Assembly (NCBI GenBank): GCA_963726195.1
Contig: CAVSBO010000013.1
Location: forward strand, 71,038-135,037
From: Candidatus Thorarchaeota archaeon
GTDB lineage: Archaea; Asgardarchaeota; Thorarchaeia; Thorarchaeales; Thorarchaeaceae
Reading direction: 5' to 3'
Length of the DNA stretch: 64,000 nucleotides
In this document: positions 41,447 through 51,152 of the stretch, piece by piece
How the letters are laid out: every line of letters begins with the position of its first letter
Numbering within the stretch: position 1 is the stretch's first letter
The notes under the pieces: generated by a model
The model's database searches: none
The model's input: the letters and a program-made list of their open reading frames with translations, nothing else
What the model was told of the DNA's origin: nothing
Program-made: the position numbers and the translations under genes

Positions 41447-43471
41447 CTACATACGTTCGACAGCATGTATCCCAAGTATTCTCAAACAGTTCGCCATGGT
41501 CGTTCTGAATGCTTTCACGAGTTCCAGCCGCGCTGCTGCTATTGCAGGCTCCGCCTTGAGTACGGGGCACGAGTCATAGAACTTGCTGAAGAGGTTTGCC
41601 AGACCGTAGCCATAGGAAGCAATCTTGTTCGAGTAGAAGCTCGTTCCCCATGTGGTTTTCCTTAAGCTCTTAACGGTCTCAAGAATCTCTTCCGGAAACA
41701 TCGCTACCGCTTTTGCCAGGGCAAATTCACTTGCCGACGATACCAATGTGAGATCGACTTCTCCTTGAGCGTCCTCTGAGGCTTTCTCAATAATCCTCAT
41801 GGCTCTCGCGTGTGAGTACTGGAGATACGGAGCGGCGTCTCCATCAAAGTCGAGTGCTTCGCTCCATCTGAAGGTTATCTTCCTGTCTGGAGAGGCCTTC
41901 AACAGCATGTATCTAACAGCCCCCGTTCCAACCTGGTGCGCTACTTGTCCCTTGAATTCATCGGTTTCGTCCGGGTTTCTCTTTGCCACTTCATCGCATG
42001 CCAGCTCAACTGCCTTATCGAGAATCTCATCTACTGTGTATCCAATCCATGTCCCTTTCCTTCCGGAGAAATCAGTATCCTCAAGGCCTACGAATTCATA
42101 GGCCACATGATGAGAGTTCTCACTCTGGGTCTTGTAGCCCAATAGATCAAGAATCGTGTAGATGAGTCTCTGGGGTTGGGCCTGTGAAGAACCTATCACG
42201 TTGAATACAACATCGAACTTTCCTATGTTCTTCTTCTTGCCCTTCAGAGATGTTCTGAGGACTTCCTTGCCATTGGGCTGCTCATCAAAGACTTGGTATC
42301 GGAAGGGATCTTGGACTATCCCGAATTTCCACATCTGAAGTGCCACATCAGCGCCTGTGTAGGTCCTTGTCCCGTCTGACCTGAACAATACCTTGTAGGG
42401 TTCCTTCATATCCTTGAATTCGTCGATGGTGTCCAGTTTGACGACAATGCATCCTGCTTTGTCTCCTTCATCGAGCCTGACGACGTTGTCACATCCCAGC
42501 ATCATGTCTTTGGCCGCCTCAAGCAGACCGCTGTGTGCAATGTCGCTTTCCCAGACTTGGTAATCATGATAGATGCCTAACCTGTAAGCCGTCTGGCATT
42601 GGGCTAAGAGACAGTTCGTTACCATGCCGATGCTTCTCTTCGAAGCTTCCGAGTCTGGGTATTCAAGCTGTCTCGCAATTTCCCGTATTTCGCGCTCCAC
42701 TTCCTCATCTGTTTCGAACGCTTTCTGGACATCAACGTATAGGCGTCCGAGATAGTGATCGTACTTGGTGTCTGTGGGATTCTCTGCATCATGAAGATGC
42801 TTCCACGTTCGCAGTGCGATTTCCAGCATTGGATTGTTTATGTAGTCAATTCTTTCATCATAATGATCGTAGTTGGTGTCTGTGGGTTTCTTTGTATCAT
42901 ACAGCAGCTTCCACGCTAGCTGTGCAATCTGCAACCCTAGGTTGTTTATGTAGTCAATTCTTGCGACGTCGTATCCCACGATCTCCAGCACGTTGCCAAG
43001 CATATCGCCGAGCACTGCATTTCTCGCGTGTCCGATGTGCCAGGGTTTGGACGGGTTGACTGCAGGAAACTCAATCAATGCCCGCCGACCCTTGTACGCA
43101 GTGGTTCGGCCATAGTCGTCGCCCAGCTGGTTCACAGCTTCGATTGCTATCTTCGCAAACTGACCGCGATTCAAGAAGAGATTCACATAGGGCCCCTGCG
43201 ACTCGGCGTGCTCAAAGACTGGCATTGCCTCCAGGCGTGCCGTGATCTTCTCAACGATTTCGTTTGCGATTTGTGCGGGGTTCTTCCTGAGCTGTTTGGC
43301 AAGCTGAAATGCTATCGTTGAGGCAATATCACCAAGAGCCGGGTCCGGTGGAATCTCGATTGATTCTCGCACTCTCGCGTCATCAATCTGCGTCACTTCA
43401 ACGAGAAGCGAGATGGCGAGCTCTTTGGTTGCGTCCCACGGATTCTTGAACTGCCCATCACTGGTTGCCAT
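41447..43471 (-). CDS. argS: Arginyl-tRNA synthetase with 36-aa internal duplication
   Basis: NPSKPWHIGHARN (HIGH), RSDGT.TY, FSGRKG, PYLQYSHAR, FY..CPVL, C-terminal ERM. Confidence 0.95.
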   Translation of the reverse strand: MATSDGQFKNPWDATKELAISLLVEVTQIDDARVRESIEIPPDPALGDIASTIAFQLAKQLRKNPAQIANEIVEKITARLEAMPVFEHAESQGPYVNLFLNRGQFAKIAIEAVNQLGDDYGRTTAYKGRRALIEFPAVNPSKPWHIGHARNAVLGDMLGNVLEIVGYDVARIDYINNLGLQIAQLAWKLLYDTKKPTDTNYDHYDERIDYINNPMLEIALRTWKHLHDAENPTDTKYDHYLGRLYVDVQKAFETDEEVEREIREIARQLEYPDSEASKRSIGMVTNCLLAQCQTAYRLGIYHDYQVWESDIAHSGLLEAAKDMMLGCDNVVRLDEGDKAGCIVVKLDTIDEFKDMKEPYKVLFRSDGTRTYTGADVALQMWKFGIVQDPFRYQVFDEQPNGKEVLRTSLKGKKKNIGKFDVVFNVIGSSQAQPQRLIYTILDLLGYKTQSENSHHVAYEFVGLEDTDFSGRKGTWIGYTVDEILDKAVELACDEVAKRNPDETDEFKGQVAHQVGTGAVRYMLLKASPDRKITFRWSEALDFDGDAAPYLQYSHARAMRIIEKASEDAQGEVDLTLVSSASEFALAKAVAMFPEEILETVKSLRKTTWGTSFYSNKIASYGYGLANLFSKFYDSCPVLKAEPAIAAARLELVKAFRTTMANCLRILGIHAVERM
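42752..42962. repeat. Diverged 108-bp tandem duplication inside argS
   Basis: atagtgatcgtacttggtgtctgtggg...tgtttatgtagtcaattctt recurs with a period of 108 nt. Confidence 0.9.
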
Positions 43472-43837
43472 TCAGTCACTCAGCTCTTGCCACTCGAGAC
43501 CCGCATTCATTCATAAACACAGCGCTGCATTCGGTCGCTGTCCGCTCCATAGCAGCTAGGCGACCATGACTCATGGTCGTCGGTCAAACTCTGAACCGCA
43601 CATTGGGAGCTTCAAAGGTCTGTCAGACTGTGCATATCGATAAAAGAGCAATCTATCAAAAATCTTAGCATAACATTATAACCATTCACCTTGAGCGACA
43701 GCATACGCTCCCGGCAGGGAGTGCATTCACACGCCCGCGCCCAACATGTGTTCGTTCATGCGCCGTGAAGGGACACTTCAGAGGTAACCCCGATAGCTCT
43801 GACAGCGCAGCTACCTCATGGAGGTGACTGCACGGAG

Positions 43838-44800
43838 ATGATTGGACTGGAAGACAGACCATCCAAGACAAAGAAACATGGAGAGCGCATGGGTACCCAA
43901 ACTTACGTTTGTTCTGCTTGTAGTTCTCGTGACATGTTCATTGATTACACGCGTGGGGAAGTAATCTGTTCTAACTGCGGCCTCGTTATATCTGACCGGT
44001 CGATCGATCAGGGCCCGGAGTGGAGAGCCTTCACTGCTGATGAGCAAAGCGCTCGCCAGAGAGTCGGAGGTCCTACCGACTGGAGCAAGTTCGATCAGGG
44101 GCTGACGACCATAATAGGTCGACAAAATGTCGATGCTTCAGGCAGGAAGCTCAGTTCCACGCGGAGGGCACAGATACACAGACTGCGGAAGTGGCAAATC
44201 CGAACCAAGGTGCACTCATCCGATAAGCGGAATCTCGCTGTTGCGATGACAGAACTTCACAGGATAAGCTCCCAGCTAAGCATACCGTACTCAATCCGTG
44301 AGACCGCTGCAGTAATCTACAGGAAGGCTTTGCGGAAGCGTCTCACGCGCGGAAGAACCATTCTTGGTATGATTGCGGCTTCTCTGTATCTGGCCTGCCG
44401 GGTTCACAAGGTACCTCGTCCTCTGGAAGAGATCACAGAGCAGATCCACATCACGCGAAAAGAGCTGAGCCTCTGTGTGAGATTGATACTCCGTTATCTG
44501 AACCTCAAGGTCCCTCACAGTAATCCGATAGAGTTCGTCCATCGATTTGGTACAGAACTGGACCTTCCTGGCGAGGCCAAGAAGAAAGCGATAGACATCT
44601 TGGAGTTAGCCAAAGCCGAGAGACTCACCATTGGGAAGGACCCGAAAGGGATGGCCGCCGCAGCAATCTACGTCGCGAGTATCTTGACAGGATCACGAAG
44701 AACTCAGCTTGAGATAGCAAGAACTGCAAGGGTAACTGAAGTCACGGTTCGCAATAGGTACAAAGAGCTAGTCGCCAAGCTCGGTCTCGAAACCGTCTAG
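43838..44800 (+). CDS. tfb: Transcription initiation factor TFB
   Basis: Zn ribbon CSAC..CSNCG, GPEWRAF, two cyclin repeats, GKDPKG.AAA, VTEVTVRNRYKEL; SD GGAGGTGA. Confidence 0.95.
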   Translation: MIGLEDRPSKTKKHGERMGTQTYVCSACSSRDMFIDYTRGEVICSNCGLVISDRSIDQGPEWRAFTADEQSARQRVGGPTDWSKFDQGLTTIIGRQNVDASGRKLSSTRRAQIHRLRKWQIRTKVHSSDKRNLAVAMTELHRISSQLSIPYSIRETAAVIYRKALRKRLTRGRTILGMIAASLYLACRVHKVPRPLEEITEQIHITRKELSLCVRLILRYLNLKVPHSNPIEFVHRFGTELDLPGEAKKKAIDILELAKAERLTIGKDPKGMAAAAIYVASILTGSRRTQLEIARTARVTEVTVRNRYKELVAKLGLETV

Positions 44801-45001
44801 GGACGAAGAGACTTAGTGTATCCGCCATGAGATGTACGAGCCAGTGTCAGGTTCATCGTGATTGGTCAAAGCTCTCGCGAGTCTGTGCAGAGCCGGAGTC
44901 CGCGTTCCAGTGTGTGACGATAGCATAGCATCCGCAAACGCATCCCGCATAGGCTTATTTCCGGTGGCTGGTTGGCGTACCAGAGGGAGCTTAGGACACT
45001 C

Positions 45002-45836
45002 ATGTCAGACCGGCGTTCCATTCACGGCATCTGGTTGATTGAACGCGACACGGGCAGGAATCTGATAGCGCGGGCGTATACCGGTGTGTCCATAGAAATG
45101 GACCTGATTGCACCATTTCTGTCGGCCACTCACACTTTCATCAATCGCGCAGCGAACGAGACCCTGAGGACAATAGACACCGATACGCACAGATACGTGT
45201 GGGCAGCCAATGATGAGCTGCTGTTTGTAATGGCGGTCTCCAAGAGTGCCCGAACCGGACACATGCGCTTTCTTCTCGATTACGCATTGAATGAGTTTAT
45301 GCACAATGAAGTCCCTGAGGGGACGGACCTTACCACCTTGTTGAAGCAGTGGGAAGGAAACCCCAACAGCTTCGAGCGATTTGCCAGCTTCATGGATGAG
45401 CTGGTTTCTCAGTATGAAAAGTCGGGAGAAAGTCTCGTGGCTGGAAAGACCATGGACTGTCTCGAAGTCTACAACCATCTGTTCAGAGCGCTCATGGAGG
45501 TCAAGGTCGACAAGAGGACCCGCAAGAGGATAGTAGACCAAATCAAGACGCGGCTGACAGCCGCTTGTGGAAGCACACCCCTTCTTGTCGGTGGTTCCTG
45601 TCGATGAGGCTGGTGTCGAGGTGCTCAACATCGATGTGTACAGTGTAGAGTACAAGCCCCTCAGAATTGCGCTCGAGAGTATGCTGCAGGCAGTTGCCGA
45701 GGTGATAAGGAGTGTTGCTGGTGAAGAACTGTATCGGAATATGGTCTTCGACCACGCGATGCCCTATGTCAAGAACGACATCGAACGCCTCGAGACCTAT
45801 GCGATTCTTGACGATGTCGTACGCTACTTGTTCTAG
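45002..45836 (+). CDS. Longin-like domain protein with helical C-terminal domain (indel near 45557)
   Basis: IHGIWLIERDTGRNL..R.Y...DLIAPFLSA..TF.....L..I.....Y......LLFVM..S pattern of longin folds; the two ORFs join. Confidence 0.65.
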
Positions 45837-45891
45837 GTTTTCGGGCGTGCCACTCATGCACCTGCGCAAGAAGCTCTTAGGGAGTGAGCGT

Positions 45892-47229
45892 CTATCTCGA
45901 CAACATGATTACTTCACGCTGCATAATCTGCCCTCTCTTTCTCTCAGGCAGACGAGGACGATTAGTCTTGATACCTGTCTTTTCGTCAAGCAATGCCTTG
46001 TTCATGATCGAACCCTTGAGCAAGAGTGGTATCACGCTGAAATCTGTCTTGCTCAAGAGACGCCCGAGGTCAACTCTGACTATTCCATCTCTCGAGTTTA
46101 TTACCGGAAGTGTCATACCTATTCTTCCATTGACCTTTAGGCAAGACCCGATGCTCGATATGGCATCGCGGTACAGAGTCGATAATTCCCTGATTGACTT
46201 CTCTGCCTCTCGCTTGCCGGGCTGCTCCGAGTAAGCTGGACCCAGATGTGGTTCGAAGGCAGCGGCATCGACCTTCGACTGCACCAGCGTTGCGGCTTCC
46301 CGAGCATCGCCCTTGATCATCTCGTACTTCAACTTGCGGCCCAGTTCGTTCTCTAACCATTTCATGTTGTTCTTGCTGCCTTCGACTGCTTTCGCGTCAG
46401 TATCTATGCCCACGCAACTCATGCCAAGAAGAGCTGCTTCCATTAGAATCGTGCCCGAGCCGCAGAACGGGTCCAGTATTGTATCTCCCGCCTTTGCACC
46501 GGCAAGGTTGAGGAGTGTTCTACAAATCTTGGGGCTAGTACTTATTTCCGCAGAGACATAGGGTCTGGTCTCGTCCCTGCGCTGTTGCGAGATTGAGTCG
46601 TAGGCTGCAACGGTCTTTCCAATGTACAGGCTCTTCTGAGTGAAGACCGCCAATATCTCGGCATTCGGAGAATCAAGAAGGCCGTACTTTACGAGTGTTT
46701 GCGGCCAGAGAGCAGTATTCAGTCGATCCGGTTTCCTTTTGTCCGGTCCTTCATAAACAAAGTAGTCCACCTTCTTTGCTCCTAATGTCGCCAGCCTTTC
46801 CTTTACCTCCTCGTCCAAAGCTATGGTGAAGCGTTTCAGGTTTACGGAGGTGTCATTCCACATCGGATACGTGCTCATGCCAAATCTGATTCTCTGATCG
46901 CCAACGGTCTTCCAAACATCGGATATCCAAGGACAGCCAAGCAGTTTCTTCCTGTCCTTCTGGATAATCCTCCCTTTTGTGGGAAAAGCGGCCTTTGCCA
47001 TGCCGTGATCGTACGCAGCGACAGCTCTGCCAGTTTTGAAGCACCCACCAAGTGCAGACTGAATACCCGTCAGTTGTTCGTCATTCACATCGTCAGCAAT
47101 GCCTAGAATCACTGCCTTTCTTGAGAAATCCTTGACCCCTGCCTTGAAACCCTGGTCCTCAAGATGTACCAACAGCTCCGCTATACTAAGGAGCCAGTTG
47201 GAACCGAGAATGAATATGTATTCTTTCAA
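45892..47229 (-). CDS. tRNA m2G10-type methyltransferase (Trm11/TrmG10-like)
   Basis: RRD..RP, SPKICRTLLNL, ILDPFCGSGT, GID, GDA, EPHLG. Confidence 0.75.
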   Translation of the reverse strand: MKEYIFILGSNWLLSIAELLVHLEDQGFKAGVKDFSRKAVILGIADDVNDEQLTGIQSALGGCFKTGRAVAAYDHGMAKAAFPTKGRIIQKDRKKLLGCPWISDVWKTVGDQRIRFGMSTYPMWNDTSVNLKRFTIALDEEVKERLATLGAKKVDYFVYEGPDKRKPDRLNTALWPQTLVKYGLLDSPNAEILAVFTQKSLYIGKTVAAYDSISQQRRDETRPYVSAEISTSPKICRTLLNLAGAKAGDTILDPFCGSGTILMEAALLGMSCVGIDTDAKAVEGSKNNMKWLENELGRKLKYEMIKGDAREAATLVQSKVDAAAFEPHLGPAYSEQPGKREAEKSIRELSTLYRDAISSIGSCLKVNGRIGMTLPVINSRDGIVRVDLGRLLSKTDFSVIPLLLKGSIMNKALLDEKTGIKTNRPRLPERKRGQIMQREVIMLSR

Positions 47230-47320
47230 GACTTGGACTTCTCCAATTCCTCCAGCAGGAGCTTCGTGTAGATTGCGCCAAGGATAGGTTCGGGCGTCTC
47301 CGATATGAACGTGGGCTTGT
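47222..47320 (-). repeat. Orphan copy of nfo 3' end (att-like direct repeat 1)
   Basis: 99 bp, 10 mismatches to 51054-51152; encodes KPTFISETPEPILGAIYTKLLLEELEKSKS*, whose stop overlaps the trm11 TTG start. Confidence 0.9.
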
Positions 47321-47325
47321 GCCGT

Positions 47326-47670
47326 TCATTTTAAGTTGAACAAACTAGGATTTTTGTCCTTTGTCCTCTCAGGAACGGCACTGAGATTGTGAACATCGAT
47401 TATGTTTCGGGCGGCGTTGATGTCTGCGTGGATGTGCAAGCCGCAGGCCGGGCAATAGAAGTACTCTCCGCCCTTCTCCTCCACCTCGGAGTTCCTGCCG
47501 TGAACCCTGAGACCTTTCTGTCTGCAAACGTGGCAGGTTTGAGAGGTCCACGCAGGGTTCACTGTCCACACGCTGTGGGATGAGTGACCAAGGGACTGCC
47601 TTTCGTACCTAATCGTGTCAATCACTTGTCCCCACAGGTTGGCAGTGAGGGCCCACGAGAGACCCTTGTA
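47326..47670 (-). pseudogene. tnpB: TnpB C-terminal remnant
   Basis: VNPAWTSQTCHVC...YFYCPACGLHIHADINAARNI (Zn ribbon + RuvC III); RuvC I/II missing. Confidence 0.8.
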
Positions 47671-47917
47671 CCCGGCCGGGGCTTGGTACACAGTCGCAGT
47701 AGCCGGATGGTTCAGACAGTATGACATATTCAGCCCGGACCAGCAGCCAGGACGGAGGTATCTGGACATTTACTACGTGCAGAATGGGGCGGTAGTGAGT
47801 AGCTACGGCATACTAGACTATACGGACGGTACGAACTGGGTTTACCGTCGGGTCCTGTTCAATCTTCCATTCATGTGGGGCACAACAACAGACTTGCTTC
47901 GTGATTGGAAGAGGTAA
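47670..47917 (+). pseudogene. C-terminal fragment of an unknown aromatic-rich protein
   Basis: Open frame without a credible start, abutting the TnpB remnant. Confidence 0.3.
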
Positions 47918-48529
47918 TTCATGGGTTAGTGACTATGAACTGACAGCAGAATGGTGCAATGTCCAGATAACAATCGGGTTATCTTACTAGAGTCCTGATA
48001 GCGCCATCTTTGAGATAGCTCAAGTGCCACAAGAACGCCGACAGCTCCCATCGGTCCAACGATTCTTTCGGGGATGATGGGAGCTTCGGGCCTTTTTTTG
48101 GAGCACTCTTTCAGGGTGCTGGACAACCCCTGTGTACAGGTCCCTCGAACCTGACCGAGTTGCAGTTCATCGCCAGGCAGATACGTTTGGATACAGGGGT
48201 GCCTTTCCGCCCAAAGATGGCGGGGGCCTTCAAACTCATGAAATCGAGTTTGCATCTTCTTCACCTCGACCTCAGATTCGTCCCAGCCGGCACAAACTCC
48301 TGTGACAGAATGTCCATATCTGTACAGCCTCATGACAGCCGCTCCGTACGGTACACGGCTCTATGCTATCCTGATGGTGCAGCCATGTTTTCTAGAAACG
48401 TATGTCTGCTCTAGAACTCACTCAAGGGCGCACCGAAACTAGACTAATATTCAGTTGTCGTCCACGCTTGGTCGAAAAGAAGTGACAATTATGGGGAGCT
48501 CACACTTCCAAGTTTTAGATGAAAACCGT

Positions 48530-49750
48530 ATGGTGGGCATCTCAACTGCGGCCATGGTAGCTCTTGGTTTGATGCTGCCGATGTTTGCAGGTGTGGCTTC
48601 GGCTTACGTTTCTCATCCTGCATCGTTCGTGGGCGTGCCAATCCAAGACACCATTTTCGCAAACATAACTGACAAAAAGCCAGATTCGGCGATGCTGCCG
48701 GGGGGTGTCATCCACAAGACGCAAGACACTATCGAGATCAGCAAACCAGACTACTCCCGTCTTCCAAGTGTCAATCTCACAGAGGCAATTGAAAGCGCTC
48801 GCGCTTTCTTGCGGGGTGTCTCTTATCTCTCAGCCCTGTCTTTCGAGTTCAACTCCAGCCAACCTCCGGAGAACCACCTCTGGCCACTCAAGTTCTCAGC
48901 GGCAAATTACATTGTTTACGTTGAGGTGAATTCAATCTCGGGACGTGTTGTGGGATTTTCGTGGGATTGGGTTGGGAATTCACCCGTTCCGTACATCAAG
49001 GATGTCAATAAGACTCAGACACTCAATGCACAAGCAGTAGATGAAAAAGCAGTAGAGTTCCTAAAAGCTATGAATTACACTCTTTCACCCTTCTGTAGGG
49101 TCCTCGGTCCGACTCTGGGACCCAGCGCTGCCTTTCCGAATTATGGTCGTCTGCCGTATGGAATGTCATCATACTTCACGCTGTTGTTCTACAACGTCAT
49201 GAATAATACATTCGTTCCAGACAACGTGGTCTCGTTAGACCTTGACATAGAAACCGGTGACATATTGGGATTCTGCTACATCTGGACGTATATCAAATCA
49301 ATTCCCGTAGAAGGTATCATCAGTGCTTCAACGGCGGAACGCGTTGCCCTAGCTGTCTGTGCATTCTACTACACCGACATTCAGGTCACTTCAAGTATGT
49401 TGGTTCTTGAGAACTGGGGAAGGTTCTGGGGAGAAAACGTGACCGATTTGTCATATCGACTAGCATGGGTTGTTCTCGGCACTTACTCGACCGGTTCCTC
49501 TGTGCCCAATCCATACCCCATTTCGTGCAAGCTCTACGTAGAAGTTAACCCGTTGAGTGGCACCGTGTATGCTGGTCCTCCATTTGTCCAGTATTGGAGC
49601 GGACCTAATGGTGGGCCTATCACACAGCCCGCTGGAGTCGCGATGGTGTACGATGTCTGGGTACTGGCTCTCGCCCTCATGATTGCCGCCCTATCATTTG
49701 TCTTTGTGAAGAAACTCGTTCCGAGTATGCCAGCCGCGAGTGTAGGCTGA
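48530..49750 (+). CDS. Secreted, C-terminally anchored surface protein with PepSY/YcdB-like repeats
   Basis: Signal peptide (..AGVASA), repeated EAIESARAFL / VEVNSISGRVV / LDLDIETGDIL / VEVNPLSGTV units, many NxS/T sequons, C-terminal TM. Confidence 0.6.
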   Translation: MVGISTAAMVALGLMLPMFAGVASAYVSHPASFVGVPIQDTIFANITDKKPDSAMLPGGVIHKTQDTIEISKPDYSRLPSVNLTEAIESARAFLRGVSYLSALSFEFNSSQPPENHLWPLKFSAANYIVYVEVNSISGRVVGFSWDWVGNSPVPYIKDVNKTQTLNAQAVDEKAVEFLKAMNYTLSPFCRVLGPTLGPSAAFPNYGRLPYGMSSYFTLLFYNVMNNTFVPDNVVSLDLDIETGDILGFCYIWTYIKSIPVEGIISASTAERVALAVCAFYYTDIQVTSSMLVLENWGRFWGENVTDLSYRLAWVVLGTYSTGSSVPNPYPISCKLYVEVNPLSGTVYAGPPFVQYWSGPNGGPITQPAGVAMVYDVWVLALALMIAALSFVFVKKLVPSMPAASVG

Positions 49751-49899
49751 TTCCGACGCATGCAAACCGAAGCGAGCGTGTTGATAGTGCGGGATATTAC
49801 TCACCCTCACATTGGTAAGTCGCGGCTGGAGCGTTGTGAACTGCCGGTCGCGATGCCTTTATTGCGAAAGACTAGGTTTGTTCTCAAGACGAGGTGGGC

Positions 49900-50376
49900 A
49901 TGGTTTTGAGCGGTGGCACAGAAGACAAGAATAACGAGGGCCCGGAACCTGAGGACCTTGCAAGTCAACTCAATGGAAATACCCTCGTAGTCTACTGGTT
50001 CATGCTCCGCAACAGCAAGCCATACAGTGCTCGAGAGATTCAGAGAAAGACAGGGATTTCCAGCTCGAGTCTTGCCCTTCATCATCTCAACAAGCTGATC
50101 AGCTTGGGTCTAGTTGGAACGGATAGTGAAGGTCGCTACGTTATATCACGCAGAATACGGCCCGGTCTGCTCAGTTTGTTTGTTGGTTCAGGTAGGTTGT
50201 TCATACCCAGGTTTGTGTTCTATTCTGTCTTTACGACGGTTCTCTTGCTCTCTAGTCTGTTCCTCTTTCTGACGCATCTCGATACAGCGAGCATACTTCT
50301 TATCATGAGCCTGTCAATTGTCAGTCTGATGCTCTGGGTCGAAACTGTAAGACTTTGGAAAGTGCAGCCTATTTAG
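49900..50376 (+). CDS. Membrane-anchored winged-helix transcription regulator (wHTH + 2 TM)
   Basis: GNTLVVYWFML...SAREIQRKTGISSSSLALHHLNKL..LGLV....G.Y, then FIPR and two TM helices; SD GAGGTG. Confidence 0.75.
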   Translation: MVLSGGTEDKNNEGPEPEDLASQLNGNTLVVYWFMLRNSKPYSAREIQRKTGISSSSLALHHLNKLISLGLVGTDSEGRYVISRRIRPGLLSLFVGSGRLFIPRFVFYSVFTTVLLLSSLFLFLTHLDTASILLIMSLSIVSLMLWVETVRLWKVQPI

Positions 50377-50424
50377 CAGGAACACTCCTCGCACGCACAC
50401 GAAGAAGCACACAGAAAAGAAGGG

Positions 50425-50673
50425 TTGAGGGATTTTCAAAATCATGTGCGGAAATACAACTGGTGGGGTTCTACACGCGAAGAGCTGTCATTGACCACCC
50501 CCGGAAACTGGCGGCGCGATGTGAAAGAAGCTGTGAACAGACTTATGGAAAGTGTCAATATCGAAGTTGTGAGGCGGTACCGGTACATGATCACAAAGAA
50601 GGAGATTGACCAAAGAATCCAGCTTGAGAGGCTCTTTGAAGCAAGATTCCCTGACTCTGATGTTCTGAAGTGA
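50425..50673 (+). pseudogene. Short ORF or gene fragment, unknown
   Basis: 82-aa open frame inside the island. Confidence 0.3.
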
Positions 50674-50702
50674 GACAAGCACTGAATCCGTTAAGCGTCT
50701 CA

Positions 50703-51000
50703 TTATAGGAGTGCTAGTGCGAGCGGTTTCATCCAGATTCTCGCAGGTTGCAGGGACCGCAGATTAGCTGAAGATTCTCCCATACTGTCAATCCTCCGGC
50801 GGCAACAGATACTATGTGATCCCCATGCAACTGATGAAAGTCCGAGGGCCTCGGGAAAAGCTTTGAGCAGAGGGGGCAGTGAAACTCCCCTCTCCATAGG
50901 ACGAGAGAGGAACCTTCCCCACTTTGTGTCAATCCACTTCTCAACCCTTTGAGCAAAGATATACTGGGGAACCTCGGGAATCTCGTTCTCAGGGAATGAG
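50703..51000 (-). pseudogene. HNH endonuclease remnant
   Basis: CPLC...HGDHIVSVAAGGLTVWENLQLICGPCN; upstream part frameshifted or absent. Confidence 0.7.
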
Positions 51001-51053
51001 GAATTGAATCGCAGGGTCTTTAGCAATCGGAGTGCTGGCAATCATAGCAATAG

Positions 51054-51152
51054 TCTTTCAAGACTGAGACTTCTCCAGTTCTTCCAGCAGGAGCTTCGCG
51101 TAGAGTGCGCCGAGAATAGGTTCGGGCGTCTCCGATATGAACGTGGGTTTAT
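51054..51152 (-). repeat. nfo 3' end, direct repeat 2 (functional copy)
   Basis: Matches 47222-47320 at an offset of 3832. Confidence 0.9.

Larger units (their letters stand above)
47321..51152. mobile_element. Decayed ~3.8 kb island integrated at the 3' end of nfo
   Basis: Bounded by the 99-bp direct repeat; contains TnpB, HNH and other gene fragments; separates otherwise overlapping nfo and trm11. Confidence 0.7.

Noticed and set aside
42752-42962. argS repeat as a DGR template/variable repeat pair
   Set aside because: Differences are not adenine-specific and no reverse transcriptase is present
47926-48414. ORFs 47926-48333 (-) and 48160-48414 (+) as genes
   Set aside because: No recognisable motifs or start signals; probably decayed island sequence
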